Shown: piece by piece, positions 48,133 to 57,662 of the stretch
Position numbering within the stretch: position 1 is the stretch's first letter
Layout of the letters: each line of letters opens with the position of its first letter
Assembly: GCA_902801525.1 (NCBI GenBank)
Contig: CADCIN010000004.1
Span: forward strand, 16,948-80,947
Length of the DNA: 64,000 bases
From: an uncultured Erysipelotrichaceae bacterium
GTDB taxonomy: Bacteria; Bacillota_I; Bacilli_A; RF39; UBA660
Reading direction: 5' to 3'
Made by a program: the position numbers and the translations under genes
Notes under the pieces: model-generated
The model's database searches: none
The model's input: the letters and a program-made list of their open reading frames with translations, nothing else
What the model was told of the DNA's origin: nothing

Positions 48133-50013
48133 ATGGAATATGAAATAATAGTAGTAGGTGGTGGACATGCAGGTTGTGAAGCTTCATTAGCTGCAGCAAG
48201 AAAAAATCATAAAACATTACTAGTAACAGGTAATATAAATAATATTGCAGACATGCCCTGTAATCCAGCTATAGGAGGACCAGCCAAAGGTATAGTTGTT
48301 AGAGAAATAGATGCTTTAGGAGGAGAGATGGGTAGAAATACTGATAAAGCAACTCTTCAAATAAAGATGTTAAACACAAAAAAAGGACCTGCCGTACAAG
48401 CTTTAAGAGCACAAGGAGATAAAAATATTTATCCACAAGAAATGTTAAAAACAATGCAGTCTGAAGAAAATTTAACAATCAAAGAATCAATAGTAGAAGA
48501 CTTAATTGTTGAAGATAATAAAGTAAAGGGTATCATTTTAGAAGATGGAGAAAAAATATATTCAAAAGCTGTAATATTAACAACTGGAACATATTTAAGG
48601 GGTGCTATTTTAGTAGGATCTGATAAACACTCAGGTGGTCCTCATGGTGAAAGAGAATCAAAATTTTTAAGCAATAAATTAAAAGATTATGGATTTACTA
48701 TTAAAAGATTAAAAACAGGAACACCTCCAAGAGTAGATAAAAATACAATTGATTATTCAAAAACACAATTAGAATGTGGAGATGAAGTAGAAAGAACATT
48801 CTCTTTTGATAATAAAGCATATTATGATGTCAATAATCAAATTCCATGTCATTTAATTTATACAACGCCTGAAACTCATAAGATAATTAGAGAACATTTA
48901 AAAGAATCAAGTATGTATGGTGGATATGTTGAAGGAGTAGGTCCAAGATATTGTCCATCAATAGAAGATAAATTAGTAAAATTTGCTGACAAAGAAAGAC
49001 ATCAATTGTTTTTAGAACCTGAAAGTAATGTGGCAGAAGATCCAGAATATGGAAACACAATATATATTCAAGGATTCTCAACATCTATGCCTCATTATGT
49101 TCAAGATGAAATGGTTCATTCTCTTCCAGGACTTGAACATGCTAAAATAATTAAATATGCCTATGCAATAGAATATGATGCAATTGATTCAAAACAATTA
49201 AATCCGTCATTAGAAACAAAAGTATTAGAAAATTTATTTACTGCTGGACAAATTAATGGAACATCTGGATATGAAGAAGCAGCAGGACAAGGCCTAATTG
49301 CTGGAATTAATGCTGCATTAAAAGTAGAGAAAAAAGAACCATTAATATTAAAAAGAAATGAATCATACATAGGTGTATTAATAGATGATTTAGTAACAAA
49401 AGGAGTTAAAGATCCATATAGATTATTAACATCTCGTGCAGAATATAGATTATTATTAAGAAATGATAATGCTGATTTAAGACTTAGAGATTATGGTTAC
49501 CAAGTAGGATTGATAAAAGAAGATAAATATAAAAAATTCTTAGAAAAAAAAGAAAATATTAAAAAACTAAGAAATATATTAGAAGATACAAGAATTACTC
49601 CTAAAAAAGAAGTTCAAGAATACCTAGAATCAGTAAATACATCACCATTAAGTGATGGAATATCACTATTTGATTTATTAAAAAGACCAGAAATTACATT
49701 TGATATTATAAAACATTTTATAGATATAGATTATGAAAATGAAGTATTAGAACAAGTGAATATTAATGCTAAATATGAAGGATACATTAAAAAAGCAAAT
49801 AGAGAAGTAGAAAAAATGTTAAATCTAGAAAGTAAGAAGATTCCAGATGATATAGATTATGAAAAAATACCTAATTTAGCATCAGAAGCAAGACAAAAAT
49901 TAATAGAAATAAAACCAAGAACAATTTCACAAGCAACAAGAATAAGTGGAGTAAATCCGGCAGATATTTCAATATTAATGGTTTATTTAAAAAGGAATTA
50001 TAAAAATGACTGA
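48133..50013 (+). CDS. mnmG: tRNA uridine 5-carboxymethylaminomethyl modification enzyme MnmG
   Basis: FAD motif VVGGGHAGCEA, GPRYCPSIEDK, and GQINGTSGYEEAAGQGL. Confidence 0.96.
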   Translation: MEYEIIVVGGGHAGCEASLAAARKNHKTLLVTGNINNIADMPCNPAIGGPAKGIVVREIDALGGEMGRNTDKATLQIKMLNTKKGPAVQALRAQGDKNIYPQEMLKTMQSEENLTIKESIVEDLIVEDNKVKGIILEDGEKIYSKAVILTTGTYLRGAILVGSDKHSGGPHGERESKFLSNKLKDYGFTIKRLKTGTPPRVDKNTIDYSKTQLECGDEVERTFSFDNKAYYDVNNQIPCHLIYTTPETHKIIREHLKESSMYGGYVEGVGPRYCPSIEDKLVKFADKERHQLFLEPESNVAEDPEYGNTIYIQGFSTSMPHYVQDEMVHSLPGLEHAKIIKYAYAIEYDAIDSKQLNPSLETKVLENLFTAGQINGTSGYEEAAGQGLIAGINAALKVEKKEPLILKRNESYIGVLIDDLVTKGVKDPYRLLTSRAEYRLLLRNDNADLRLRDYGYQVGLIKEDKYKKFLEKKENIKKLRNILEDTRITPKKEVQEYLESVNTSPLSDGISLFDLLKRPEITFDIIKHFIDIDYENEVLEQVNINAKYEGYIKKANREVEKMLNLESKKIPDDIDYEKIPNLASEARQKLIEIKPRTISQATRISGVNPADISILMVYLKRNYKND

Positions 50014-50641
50014 GAAAGAATTTATTGAAGAAGTTAAAAAACTTGGAATAGAAGTAACTGACGGAGAATTAAATTTACTAGATAATTTTTACAATTTATT
50101 AATAGAGTGGAATCAAAAGATAAATTTAACTAGAATAACAGAAAAAAAAGAAGTATATTTAAAACATTTTTATGATAGTTTAACAATAATAAAAATTGTG
50201 GATTTAAATAATGCATCAACACTTTGTGATGTAGGAACTGGAGCGGGTTTCCCAGGAATAGTGCTTAAAATATTTTATCCTCATTTAAAAATAACTCTTA
50301 TAGATTCTCTTCAAAAAAGAGTAAATTATTTAAATGGAATAATTAAAATAATGAAACTAGATAATATAAAAGCAATTCATATTCGTGGTGAAGAACATAA
50401 AGAAAAGTATGATATAGTGACGTCAAGAGCAGTTGCCAATATTGAAAAATTAACAAAGTATACTATGCATTTACTAAATAATAATGGTCAAATGATTGCT
50501 ATGAAAGGTGATATTGATAAAGAATTAACACCGGAAGTAGAAAGAAAATTACTCAAGAAATATAAAATAATTAAAATTGAAAAATTTTTATTACCAATAG
50601 AAAATAGTCAAAGAAGTCTAATTAAGTTAGAAAATAAATAA
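50006..50641 (+). CDS. rsmG: 16S rRNA (guanine527-N7)-methyltransferase
   Basis: KHFYDSL, DVGTGAGFPGI, and SRAVA. Confidence 0.93.
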   Translation: MTEKEFIEEVKKLGIEVTDGELNLLDNFYNLLIEWNQKINLTRITEKKEVYLKHFYDSLTIIKIVDLNNASTLCDVGTGAGFPGIVLKIFYPHLKITLIDSLQKRVNYLNGIIKIMKLDNIKAIHIRGEEHKEKYDIVTSRAVANIEKLTKYTMHLLNNNGQMIAMKGDIDKELTPEVERKLLKKYKIIKIEKFLLPIENSQRSLIKLENK

Positions 50642-50675
50642 TCTAATTTAATAGACTTTTTATTTAAATTATTTA

Positions 50676-50704
50676 TTGAAAAAAACTTGAAAATCAAGTA
50701 TAAT
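50676..50704 (+). promoter_or_regulatory. Sigma-A type promoter of noc
   Basis: TTGAAA-17 nt-TATAAT. It covers the TTG that the ORF track used as the start. Confidence 0.6.
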
Positions 50705-50749
50705 AACTATATAGGTAAAAATAAAAAGAATAAAAGTGAGGGAAATATT

Positions 50750-51967
50750 ATGATCTCAGAAGAAATAAAAAATGAAGTTGTCTATTTATATTTAGATGAT
50801 ATAATTCCAAATAGATTTCAACCAAGAGAAGTATTTGATGAAAAAGCTTTAAAAGAATTAGCAGTTTCAATTAAAGAACATGGAGTAATACAACCAATTA
50901 TTGTAAGACGTGCGAATAATAAGTATGAAATTATTGCAGGTGAAAGAAGATATAAAGCATCAGCCCTTGCAGGTGCAACTAAAATACCAGCCATTGTAAG
51001 AAATTTGGACGACAAAGAAGCTGCAAAAGTAGCACTTCTTGAAAACTTACAAAGAAAAAATCTTAATGCTATTGAAGAAGCAAGAACATATCAAAAAATA
51101 TTAGAACTTGATCAAATGACACAAGAAGAACTTGCAAAAACAATGGGTAAAAGTCAATCAGCAGTTGCTAATAAGATAAGATTGTTATCTCTTCCTATGG
51201 AAGTACAAGATGCCCTATTAAAAGAAAAAATTTCAGAAAGACACGCTAGAACACTTGTAAGTATAGATGACAGCAAATTACAACAAGATTTATTAAAGAA
51301 AATTATATCTGAAAAAATGAGTGTTAGAAAACTTGAAGAAGAAATAAAAATGTTAAAGGAAAATGATAAAAAAGGTGATGATGCAAGTATGGATAATCAG
51401 TCTATGTCAATTAATCAAGACACGATAAGTGTTAATAATGTTCAGAATCAAGTTCCACAATATATAAACTATGGAGAAGTTGATAATGATATTGATAATG
51501 AAGAAAATGATTATTTTAATAAAACACCACAAAGTTTTGGAAATATTGATTTAGAACAAATAAAATCATCTGCAAGTGATATTAAACCAAAAGATGTATC
51601 ATTCCAAACATCACTTGATAGCATGCTAAACATTGCAAGCAAACCTGTAGATAATAATAATGTTGAAAATAAAGTAGAAAAAGAAACTTCAAGTTATGAA
51701 TCTCCTGCAGAAAAGATAGATAGAGAAAGTAGTGAAAATAATTTAAGTTTGAATCAATACTTTAACAATGCACCGACAATACCTGAACAAAATAATAATG
51801 ATAATAAAAACCTTGCAGATCAAACTGTTACACCAGCTGATATTCCAAGTGCAATACAATCTCTTAGAAATACAGTAAATAACATTAAAAACCATAATAT
51901 AAATATTCAAATTGACGAAATGGATTTTAATAGTTCATATCAAATAATAATTAAGATAGAAAAATAA
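50750..51967 (+). CDS. noc: Nucleoid occlusion protein Noc (ParB paralogue) with a long low-complexity insertion
   Basis: ParB N-domain IPNRFQPR and GERRYKA. HTH GKSQSAVANKIRLL. KISERHARTL and C-terminal YQIIIKIEK match Noc rather than Spo0J. ATG preceded by AGTGAGGGAAA. About 150 aa of Asn/Asp/Ser-rich insertion (~51361..51835). Confidence 0.8.
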   Translation: MISEEIKNEVVYLYLDDIIPNRFQPREVFDEKALKELAVSIKEHGVIQPIIVRRANNKYEIIAGERRYKASALAGATKIPAIVRNLDDKEAAKVALLENLQRKNLNAIEEARTYQKILELDQMTQEELAKTMGKSQSAVANKIRLLSLPMEVQDALLKEKISERHARTLVSIDDSKLQQDLLKKIISEKMSVRKLEEEIKMLKENDKKGDDASMDNQSMSINQDTISVNNVQNQVPQYINYGEVDNDIDNEENDYFNKTPQSFGNIDLEQIKSSASDIKPKDVSFQTSLDSMLNIASKPVDNNNVENKVEKETSSYESPAEKIDRESSENNLSLNQYFNNAPTIPEQNNNDNKNLADQTVTPADIPSAIQSLRNTVNNIKNHNINIQIDEMDFNSSYQIIIKIEK

Positions 51968-51968
51968 A

Positions 51969-51992
51969 AGTAGATAAAAATCTACTTTTTTT
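51969..51992 (+). terminator. Rho-independent terminator after noc
   Basis: AGTAGAT-AAAA-ATCTACT followed by T6. Confidence 0.8.
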
Positions 51993-52022
51993 AACAAAAC
52001 AGTTTTAAAAAGCATTAAATTT

Positions 52023-52031
52023 TGGTACAAT
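52023..52031 (+). promoter_or_regulatory. Extended -10 promoter element for parA-parB
   Basis: TGGTACAAT about 30 nt upstream of the parA RBS GGGTGA. Confidence 0.45.
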
Positions 52032-52063
52032 AAATTAGTAAAAATGGAAATGGGTGATAGAAG

Positions 52064-52849
52064 ATGGGAAAGATTATTTCGTTAGTAAATCAAAAAGGTG
52101 GAGTTGGTAAAACAACTACAAGTATCAATCTTTCTGCATCATTAGCAGTATTAGGAAAAAGAGTATTATTAATTGACCTAGATCCTCAGGGAAATACAAC
52201 TACTGGTGTGGGAATAAATAAGGGTGATATAGAAAGAAGCATATATGATGTTTTAGTAGGATCATGTAAAATAACAGATGCAATGATTAAGACAAAATAT
52301 AAGAATCTTTATGTATTACCAGCAACAATTAATTTAGCAGGATTAGATATCGAATTAGTAGAAAAAAGTAAACAAGAAAAAGGATTTCAAAAAGGTGAAC
52401 AATTAAAAAACTCATTATCAGATATAAAGGATAGTTTTGACTATATAATAATTGATTGTCCTCCATCATTAGGAGTAATAACAACAAATGCTTTAACTGC
52501 ATCAAATTCAGTAATTATACCAGTTCAATGTGAATTTTTCGCATTAGAAGGAATTACACAATTACTAAAGACAGTTATGCTTGCACAAAAATCCTTAAAT
52601 CCAACTTTAGATATTGAGGGAGTTCTCCTAACAATGCTAGATTCAAGAACAAACTTAGGATTTGAAGTAGTAGAAGATATAAGAAAATTCTTCAAAGAAA
52701 AAGTTTATAATACAATTATTCCTAGATTAGTAAGATTAACAGAAGCTCCATCACATGGAGAACCAATAATAGCATATGATCCAAAAAGTAGAGGATCTGA
52801 AGCATATTTAAATTTAGCTAAGGAAGTGATTGAAAGAAATGGAGAATAA
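52064..52849 (+). CDS. parA: Chromosome partitioning ATPase ParA/Soj
   Basis: Deviant Walker A NQKGGVGKTTT, DLDPQGN, and IDCPPSLG. Confidence 0.95.
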   Translation: MGKIISLVNQKGGVGKTTTSINLSASLAVLGKRVLLIDLDPQGNTTTGVGINKGDIERSIYDVLVGSCKITDAMIKTKYKNLYVLPATINLAGLDIELVEKSKQEKGFQKGEQLKNSLSDIKDSFDYIIIDCPPSLGVITTNALTASNSVIIPVQCEFFALEGITQLLKTVMLAQKSLNPTLDIEGVLLTMLDSRTNLGFEVVEDIRKFFKEKVYNTIIPRLVRLTEAPSHGEPIIAYDPKSRGSEAYLNLAKEVIERNGE

Positions 52850-53723
52850 TAATACAAAAAGAAGAGCTCTTGGAAGAGGTCTTGAAGAATTATTTTACAA
52901 TGAACCAATAGACTATAATAAAGTAGAAGAAAAAATACTAACCGAATCAACTAAAGATGAAATTCAAAATATTAAAATATCTGAACTAAGAAGTAATCCA
53001 TATCAGCCAAGAAAAGTATTTGATGAAAATGCATTAAATGAATTAGCAGTATCAATTAAAGAACATGGTGTTTTTCAACCAATTATTGCCAAAAAAAGCG
53101 TAAAAGGTTACGAAATAATAGCAGGTGAAAGAAGAGTTAAAGCATCAGAACTTGCAGGATTAGAAGAAGTACCTGCTATAGTAAAAGATTTTACTGATGA
53201 AGAAATGATGGAAATAGCTCTTTTGGAAAATCTTCAAAGAGAAAATTTAAATGCTATTGAAGAAGCAAATGCTTATAAAAAACTACAAGAAAATCTTAAG
53301 ATAACACAAGAAGAATTAGCATCAAGACTCGGAAAAAGTAGATCACATATTACTAATATGATTGGACTATTAACTCTTCCAGAAGAAGTTCAAAAAGAAA
53401 TTTCTAACAAAAATATTACCATGGGACATGCCAGAGTATTAAGTAAATTAGAAGATAAAAATCAAATTAAAGAATTAACATATAAAATTAAAGATGAAGG
53501 ATTAAGTGTTAGAGAATTAGAAAATTTAACATCATCACCAGAAAAATTTGCAAGAACTCATAAGGTTAAAAAACAAATAAATGAAGAATATTCATATATT
53601 CAAGATGAATTATGTGAAAAATTAGGAACAAAAGTAAAAATAAAAAGTAATAAAATTGAGATTAGTTTTGTTAATGGAAATGACTTAAATCGTATTCTAG
53701 AAGTTATGAATTTAGATAAATAG
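52839..53723 (+). CDS. parB: Chromosome partitioning protein ParB/Spo0J
   Basis: N-terminal ALGRGLEELF, PYQPRK and GERRVKA. HTH GKSRSHITNMIGLL, ITMGHARVL, and C-terminal IEISFVNGNDLNRILEVM. ATG overlaps the parA stop and is preceded by AAGGAAGTG. Confidence 0.93.
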   Translation: MENNNTKRRALGRGLEELFYNEPIDYNKVEEKILTESTKDEIQNIKISELRSNPYQPRKVFDENALNELAVSIKEHGVFQPIIAKKSVKGYEIIAGERRVKASELAGLEEVPAIVKDFTDEEMMEIALLENLQRENLNAIEEANAYKKLQENLKITQEELASRLGKSRSHITNMIGLLTLPEEVQKEISNKNITMGHARVLSKLEDKNQIKELTYKIKDEGLSVRELENLTSSPEKFARTHKVKKQINEEYSYIQDELCEKLGTKVKIKSNKIEISFVNGNDLNRILEVMNLDK

Positions 53724-53730
53724 GTGAGAT

Positions 53731-54546
53731 ATGATAGGATTATTTGATAAAATAAATTTTGATGTAAAACTTATACTTTCACCAATAATATATATAGTAT
53801 TAGGAATAGTAATATATGAATTATTAAAACTAATTATTACAAAGATATTTAAGAAAACTAATTTAATATCAAGACATAAACAAAAACAAGCTGAAACATT
53901 AAAAATAGTTCTAATTAATTTATTGAAATATTTAGATATAATCGCAGTAGGATTAGCAATACTAACTATTTATGGAATAAATGTAAGATCTATTCTAGCA
54001 GGACTTGGAGTAACAGCAGTACTTATTGGACTTGCTTTTCAAGATATTGCAAAAGATATATTAGCTGGAATTTCTATTATCTTAGAAGATCAATATGAGA
54101 TAGGTGACTATGTAAAAATAGATGGATTCGAAGGAAAAGTAAATTTTATAGGGTTAAGAACAACTAGAATAGTTGATTATAAAGGTGCAACTAAAATAAT
54201 TGCAAATCACTTAGTAACAGATGTTATAAATTATAGTTTAAATAATACTTTAGCAATAGTCGATATTGGAATAGATTATGGAGAAGATTGTGAAAAAGTA
54301 AAAAAAGTGCTTGATGAAATGGCAACTAATTTAAAAAATAAAATAAAAAATGCCAAGGGAGAAATCAAAGTATTAGGAATAGAAACTCTAGCAGATTCTG
54401 CAGTTGTATATAGAGTAACGGTAGAAACAACATCTATGGAACACTATCAAGTACAAAGAGAATTAAGAAGAGAAATAAAAAAGGCTTTAGATAAAGCAAA
54501 TATTAAAATACCATTCCCACAAGTAGAGGTGCATAATGGAAAATAA
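53731..54546 (+). CDS. Small-conductance mechanosensitive channel (MscS family)
   Basis: Three TM helices followed by an MscS beta-domain pattern (GLAFQDIAKDILAGISIILEDQYEIGDYVKIDGFEGKV). Confidence 0.85.
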   Translation: MIGLFDKINFDVKLILSPIIYIVLGIVIYELLKLIITKIFKKTNLISRHKQKQAETLKIVLINLLKYLDIIAVGLAILTIYGINVRSILAGLGVTAVLIGLAFQDIAKDILAGISIILEDQYEIGDYVKIDGFEGKVNFIGLRTTRIVDYKGATKIIANHLVTDVINYSLNNTLAIVDIGIDYGEDCEKVKKVLDEMATNLKNKIKNAKGEIKVLGIETLADSAVVYRVTVETTSMEHYQVQRELRREIKKALDKANIKIPFPQVEVHNGK

Positions 54547-54736
54547 GAATTTAGAATATCAACTAGGAACAAAAGTAATAATGAAGAAACAGCATCCTTG
54601 TGGAACAAATTTATGGGAAATTACAAGATTAGGTGCTGATATCAAAATTAAGTGTATAAATTGTGGAAGAACAATTTTGATTCCTAGAATTGAATTTAAT
54701 AAAAAATTAAAGAAAATAGTACCAGATGAGGAGTGA
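54536..54736 (+). CDS. DUF951-family small protein (YyzM-like)
   Basis: 66 aa. MKKQHPCG...W.I.R.GADI...C..CGR matches the DUF951 pattern. Lies near ychF as in Bacillus. Confidence 0.7.
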   Translation: MENKNLEYQLGTKVIMKKQHPCGTNLWEITRLGADIKIKCINCGRTILIPRIEFNKKLKKIVPDEE

Positions 54737-54740
54737 TAAG

Positions 54741-56336
54741 ATGAAATCAAAGAAAAAAATGAAATTAAAAAAATATTATCTTCATCCAATTACAGTATTC
54801 CTACTATTAACAATTATAGTTGTTATATTAAGTGGAATATTATCTAACTTGCAAATGCAAGGTACATATAATTCAATAACTACAGCAGGAAAAAACTTAA
54901 ATGCAAAATTATTATCAGTTGAAAATTTATTTAGTTTTGCAGGTATGAGATATATTATTAGTAATGCTTTAAAAAACTTTATAAGTTTTTCACCATTATC
55001 AATGCTATTAATATCATTAATAGGAATATCAGTTGCAGAGTCAACAGGTTTTATTGAAGCATTTTCAAAAAGATATTTTAAAAAAATGTCAAAATGGAAA
55101 TTGACATTTATAGTTATTTTTATAGCAACCATATCATCATTAATTAATGGAATAGGTTATGCATTATTAATACCATTAGTTGCTTTAATATATTTTATTA
55201 TAGGAAGAAATCCTATACTTGGAATTGTAACAGCATTTTGTGGTGTAGCTTTCGGATATGGAGTATCAATATTTATTGGATCAACAGAAATATCTTTGAT
55301 GGATTATACAAGAAATGCAGCAATGCTAGTTGATCAATCAACACATATAGCTTTAAGTAGCAATTTGTTCTTTATTATATTATCAACAATTGTAATTTCG
55401 ATAATTGGTACAATAATAATTGAAAAATTAGTTTCACCTAAAATTGGAAAATATAAAAAAGAAGAAGAATTTTCAAAAACAGAACAATATAGAATAATTG
55501 ATTTTGAAGAAGAAGAACAAAAGAAAATAGAAAAAGAGATAAGAGAGAAAAAAGGCTTAAGAGCAGCATTAGTTACAACAATAATAGTTTTATTATTATT
55601 TGCATATATGTTAATACCTAATCTTCCATCATCTGGAATGCTTCTAGATATGAATGAAAAAATATACTTAAATCAATTATTTGGTGAAAAATCATACTTC
55701 CAAGATGGATTTTCATATATGGTAGCGATGATTCTAATATTAGCGGGATTAGCTTATGGAATTAAATCTAAATCAATAAAAAGTGATAAAGAATTAATAA
55801 AAAATATAGATGAAAAATTTAGTACAATAGGAAGTGTAATATTATTATTATTTGTAATATCAACATTCCTATCAGTATGGAAACAAACAAATATAGGTTC
55901 AATATTAACTATATGGTTAGTTAATTTATTAGAACAATTAAAATTATCAGGAATACCATTAATTATAATTACATTATTATTAATAGCAGTATCAAATATA
56001 TTCTTAACAGGAACTGAAGCAAAATGGTCAATATTTGCACCAGTAGTTGTACCAATGTTTATGCAATCAAATATTTCACCACAATTTGCACAAATTGTAA
56101 TGAGAGTTGGAGATAGTATGACAAATGGAATAACTCCATTCTTAGCATCTTTCGCAATATATTTAGGATATTTAAATCTGTATAATTTGAATAAGAAAAG
56201 ACCATATACTATTAGAAAATCAATTAAAATATTAATGCCATATTTTATTATTATTAATTTAGTATGGATAGTTCTAGTAGTTGGATGGTATATTATAGGA
56301 CTACCAATCGGACCAGGAGTATTTCCAACAATATAA
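54741..56336 (+). CDS. AbgT-family transporter (p-aminobenzoyl-glutamate/antimetabolite efflux type)
   Basis: Polytopic ~530 aa protein. N-terminal basic segment followed by HPITVFLLL. Overall AbgT/YdaH-like topology. ATG preceded by GAGGAG. Confidence 0.65.
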   Translation: MKSKKKMKLKKYYLHPITVFLLLTIIVVILSGILSNLQMQGTYNSITTAGKNLNAKLLSVENLFSFAGMRYIISNALKNFISFSPLSMLLISLIGISVAESTGFIEAFSKRYFKKMSKWKLTFIVIFIATISSLINGIGYALLIPLVALIYFIIGRNPILGIVTAFCGVAFGYGVSIFIGSTEISLMDYTRNAAMLVDQSTHIALSSNLFFIILSTIVISIIGTIIIEKLVSPKIGKYKKEEEFSKTEQYRIIDFEEEEQKKIEKEIREKKGLRAALVTTIIVLLLFAYMLIPNLPSSGMLLDMNEKIYLNQLFGEKSYFQDGFSYMVAMILILAGLAYGIKSKSIKSDKELIKNIDEKFSTIGSVILLLFVISTFLSVWKQTNIGSILTIWLVNLLEQLKLSGIPLIIITLLLIAVSNIFLTGTEAKWSIFAPVVVPMFMQSNISPQFAQIVMRVGDSMTNGITPFLASFAIYLGYLNLYNLNKKRPYTIRKSIKILMPYFIIINLVWIVLVVGWYIIGLPIGPGVFPTI

Positions 56337-56344
56337 AATAAATG

Positions 56345-56372
56345 GACATTTCAACTTGAAAATGTCTTTTTT
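56345..56372 (+). terminator. Rho-independent terminator after the AbgT-family gene
   Basis: GACATTT-loop-AAATGTC followed by T6. Confidence 0.75.
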
Positions 56373-56373
56373 A

Positions 56374-56401
56374 TTGACTTTTAATATAAATAAAATATAA
56401 T
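56374..56401 (+). promoter_or_regulatory. Sigma-A type promoter of ychF
   Basis: TTGACT-16 nt-TATAAT. Confidence 0.5.
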
Positions 56402-56459
56402 AGGAAAGTGGAAAAAGAATATATATATGATATAATAAGAAAAGAAATGAGGTAATGAT

Positions 56460-57560
56460 ATGAGTTTAAGAGCAGGAATAGTAGGCTTACCTAATGTTGG
56501 AAAATCGACATTATTTAATGCCATTACAAATCAAAAAATATTAGCAGAAAATTATCCTTTTGCAACAATAGAACCAAATGTTGGAGTAGTTACTGTGCCA
56601 GATGAAAGAATGGATAAATTAAAAGAAATGTATGAACCTAATAAATTTATTCCAACAGCATATGAATTTACTGATATAGCAGGACTAGTTAAAGGAGCAT
56701 CTAAAGGAGAAGGTTTAGGAAATAAATTTTTATCACACATTAGAGAAGTAGATGCAATCGTTGAAGTAGTAAGATGCTTTGATAATGGAAAAATTATTCA
56801 CGTAGACGGAAATGTAGACCCTATAAGAGATATTGAAACAATTAATTTGGAATTATCTATCGCAGATTTAGATATAGTTAATAATAGATTAGATAAAGTA
56901 TCAAAAAAAGCAAGAACTACAAAAAATAAAGAAGATTTATTAGAATTAGAAGCATTAGATAAGGCAAAAGAAGCATTAGAAAAAAATATAGCGTTAAGAG
57001 ATGTTGATTATAGTGAAGAAGAGTTACTTGCTATTAAATCATTTAGTTTCTTAACATTAAAACCAATTATATATGTTGCAAATATATCAGAAGATGAATT
57101 AGCAATGGAAGATAATGAATATGTTACAAAACTAAAAGAATATGCTAAAAAAGATAACTCAAGAGTTGTTAAATTATCAGCTAAGACTGAAGAAGATTTA
57201 AGTGAATTAACAAAAGAAGAAAAAAATGAAATGTTAGATGCATTTGGACTAAATAATTCAGGATTAGATGATTTAATACTTGCAACTTATGATATTTTAG
57301 GATTGGCAACTTATTTCACAGTTGGAAAAGATGAAGTAAGAGCATGGACATTTAAAAAAGGTATGAATGCTAAAAAATGTGCAGGAATAATACATACTGA
57401 CTTTGAAAAAGGCTTTATTAGAGCAGAAGTTATGTCATATAACGATTTAATTGAATGTGGAAGCGAGTTAAAAGTAAAAGAAGCAGGAAAAGCAAGACTA
57501 GAAGGAAAAGAATACCTAATGCAAGACGGTGACATTTGTCATTTTAGATTTAATGTATAA
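56460..57560 (+). CDS. ychF: Ribosome-binding ATPase YchF
   Basis: GIVGLPNVGKSTLFNA, DIAGLVKGAS, and a C-terminal TGS-like domain ending HFRFNV. Confidence 0.96.
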   Translation: MSLRAGIVGLPNVGKSTLFNAITNQKILAENYPFATIEPNVGVVTVPDERMDKLKEMYEPNKFIPTAYEFTDIAGLVKGASKGEGLGNKFLSHIREVDAIVEVVRCFDNGKIIHVDGNVDPIRDIETINLELSIADLDIVNNRLDKVSKKARTTKNKEDLLELEALDKAKEALEKNIALRDVDYSEEELLAIKSFSFLTLKPIIYVANISEDELAMEDNEYVTKLKEYAKKDNSRVVKLSAKTEEDLSELTKEEKNEMLDAFGLNNSGLDDLILATYDILGLATYFTVGKDEVRAWTFKKGMNAKKCAGIIHTDFEKGFIRAEVMSYNDLIECGSELKVKEAGKARLEGKEYLMQDGDICHFRFNV

Positions 57561-57565
57561 AATTG

Positions 57566-57594
57566 TTTACAAAAAAAAACTAATATGATACAAT
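57566..57594 (+). promoter_or_regulatory. Sigma-A type promoter of the rpsF-ssb-rpsR operon
   Basis: TTTACA-17 nt-(TGa)TACAAT, with the extended -10 TG. Confidence 0.6.
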
Positions 57595-57600
57595 ACAAAC

Positions 57601-57650
57601 GAGTATTTAAAATACTCCTTACTCGGTATACCGGGTCATAAGTCCAAAAG
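57601..57650 (+). promoter_or_regulatory. Structured 5' leader of rpsF (candidate S6:S18 autoregulatory element)
   Basis: Two adjacent hairpins. The first is GAGTAT-TTAAA-ATACTC (57601..57617). The second is CTTA-CTCGG-TATA-CCGGG-(TCA bulge)-TAAG (57618..57642). They lie immediately 5' of the SD AAAGGAGG. Confidence 0.4.
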
Positions 57651-57662
57651 GAGGTGCAAAAA

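Noticed and set aside
50247-50260. NBS-like GTTTCCCAGGAATA inside rsmG.
   Set aside because: It has four mismatches. The sequence is constrained by the GAGFPGI SAM-binding motif codons.
54782-55132. 116-aa minus-strand ORF, plus similar antisense ORFs at 54559-54789, 56552-56740, 57311-57535, 57539-57763, 59539-59730, 60964-61422 and 62319-62606.
   Set aside because: All are antisense or off-frame within confident plus-strand genes (AbgT, DUF951, ychF, rpsF, DHH, dnaB, M23).
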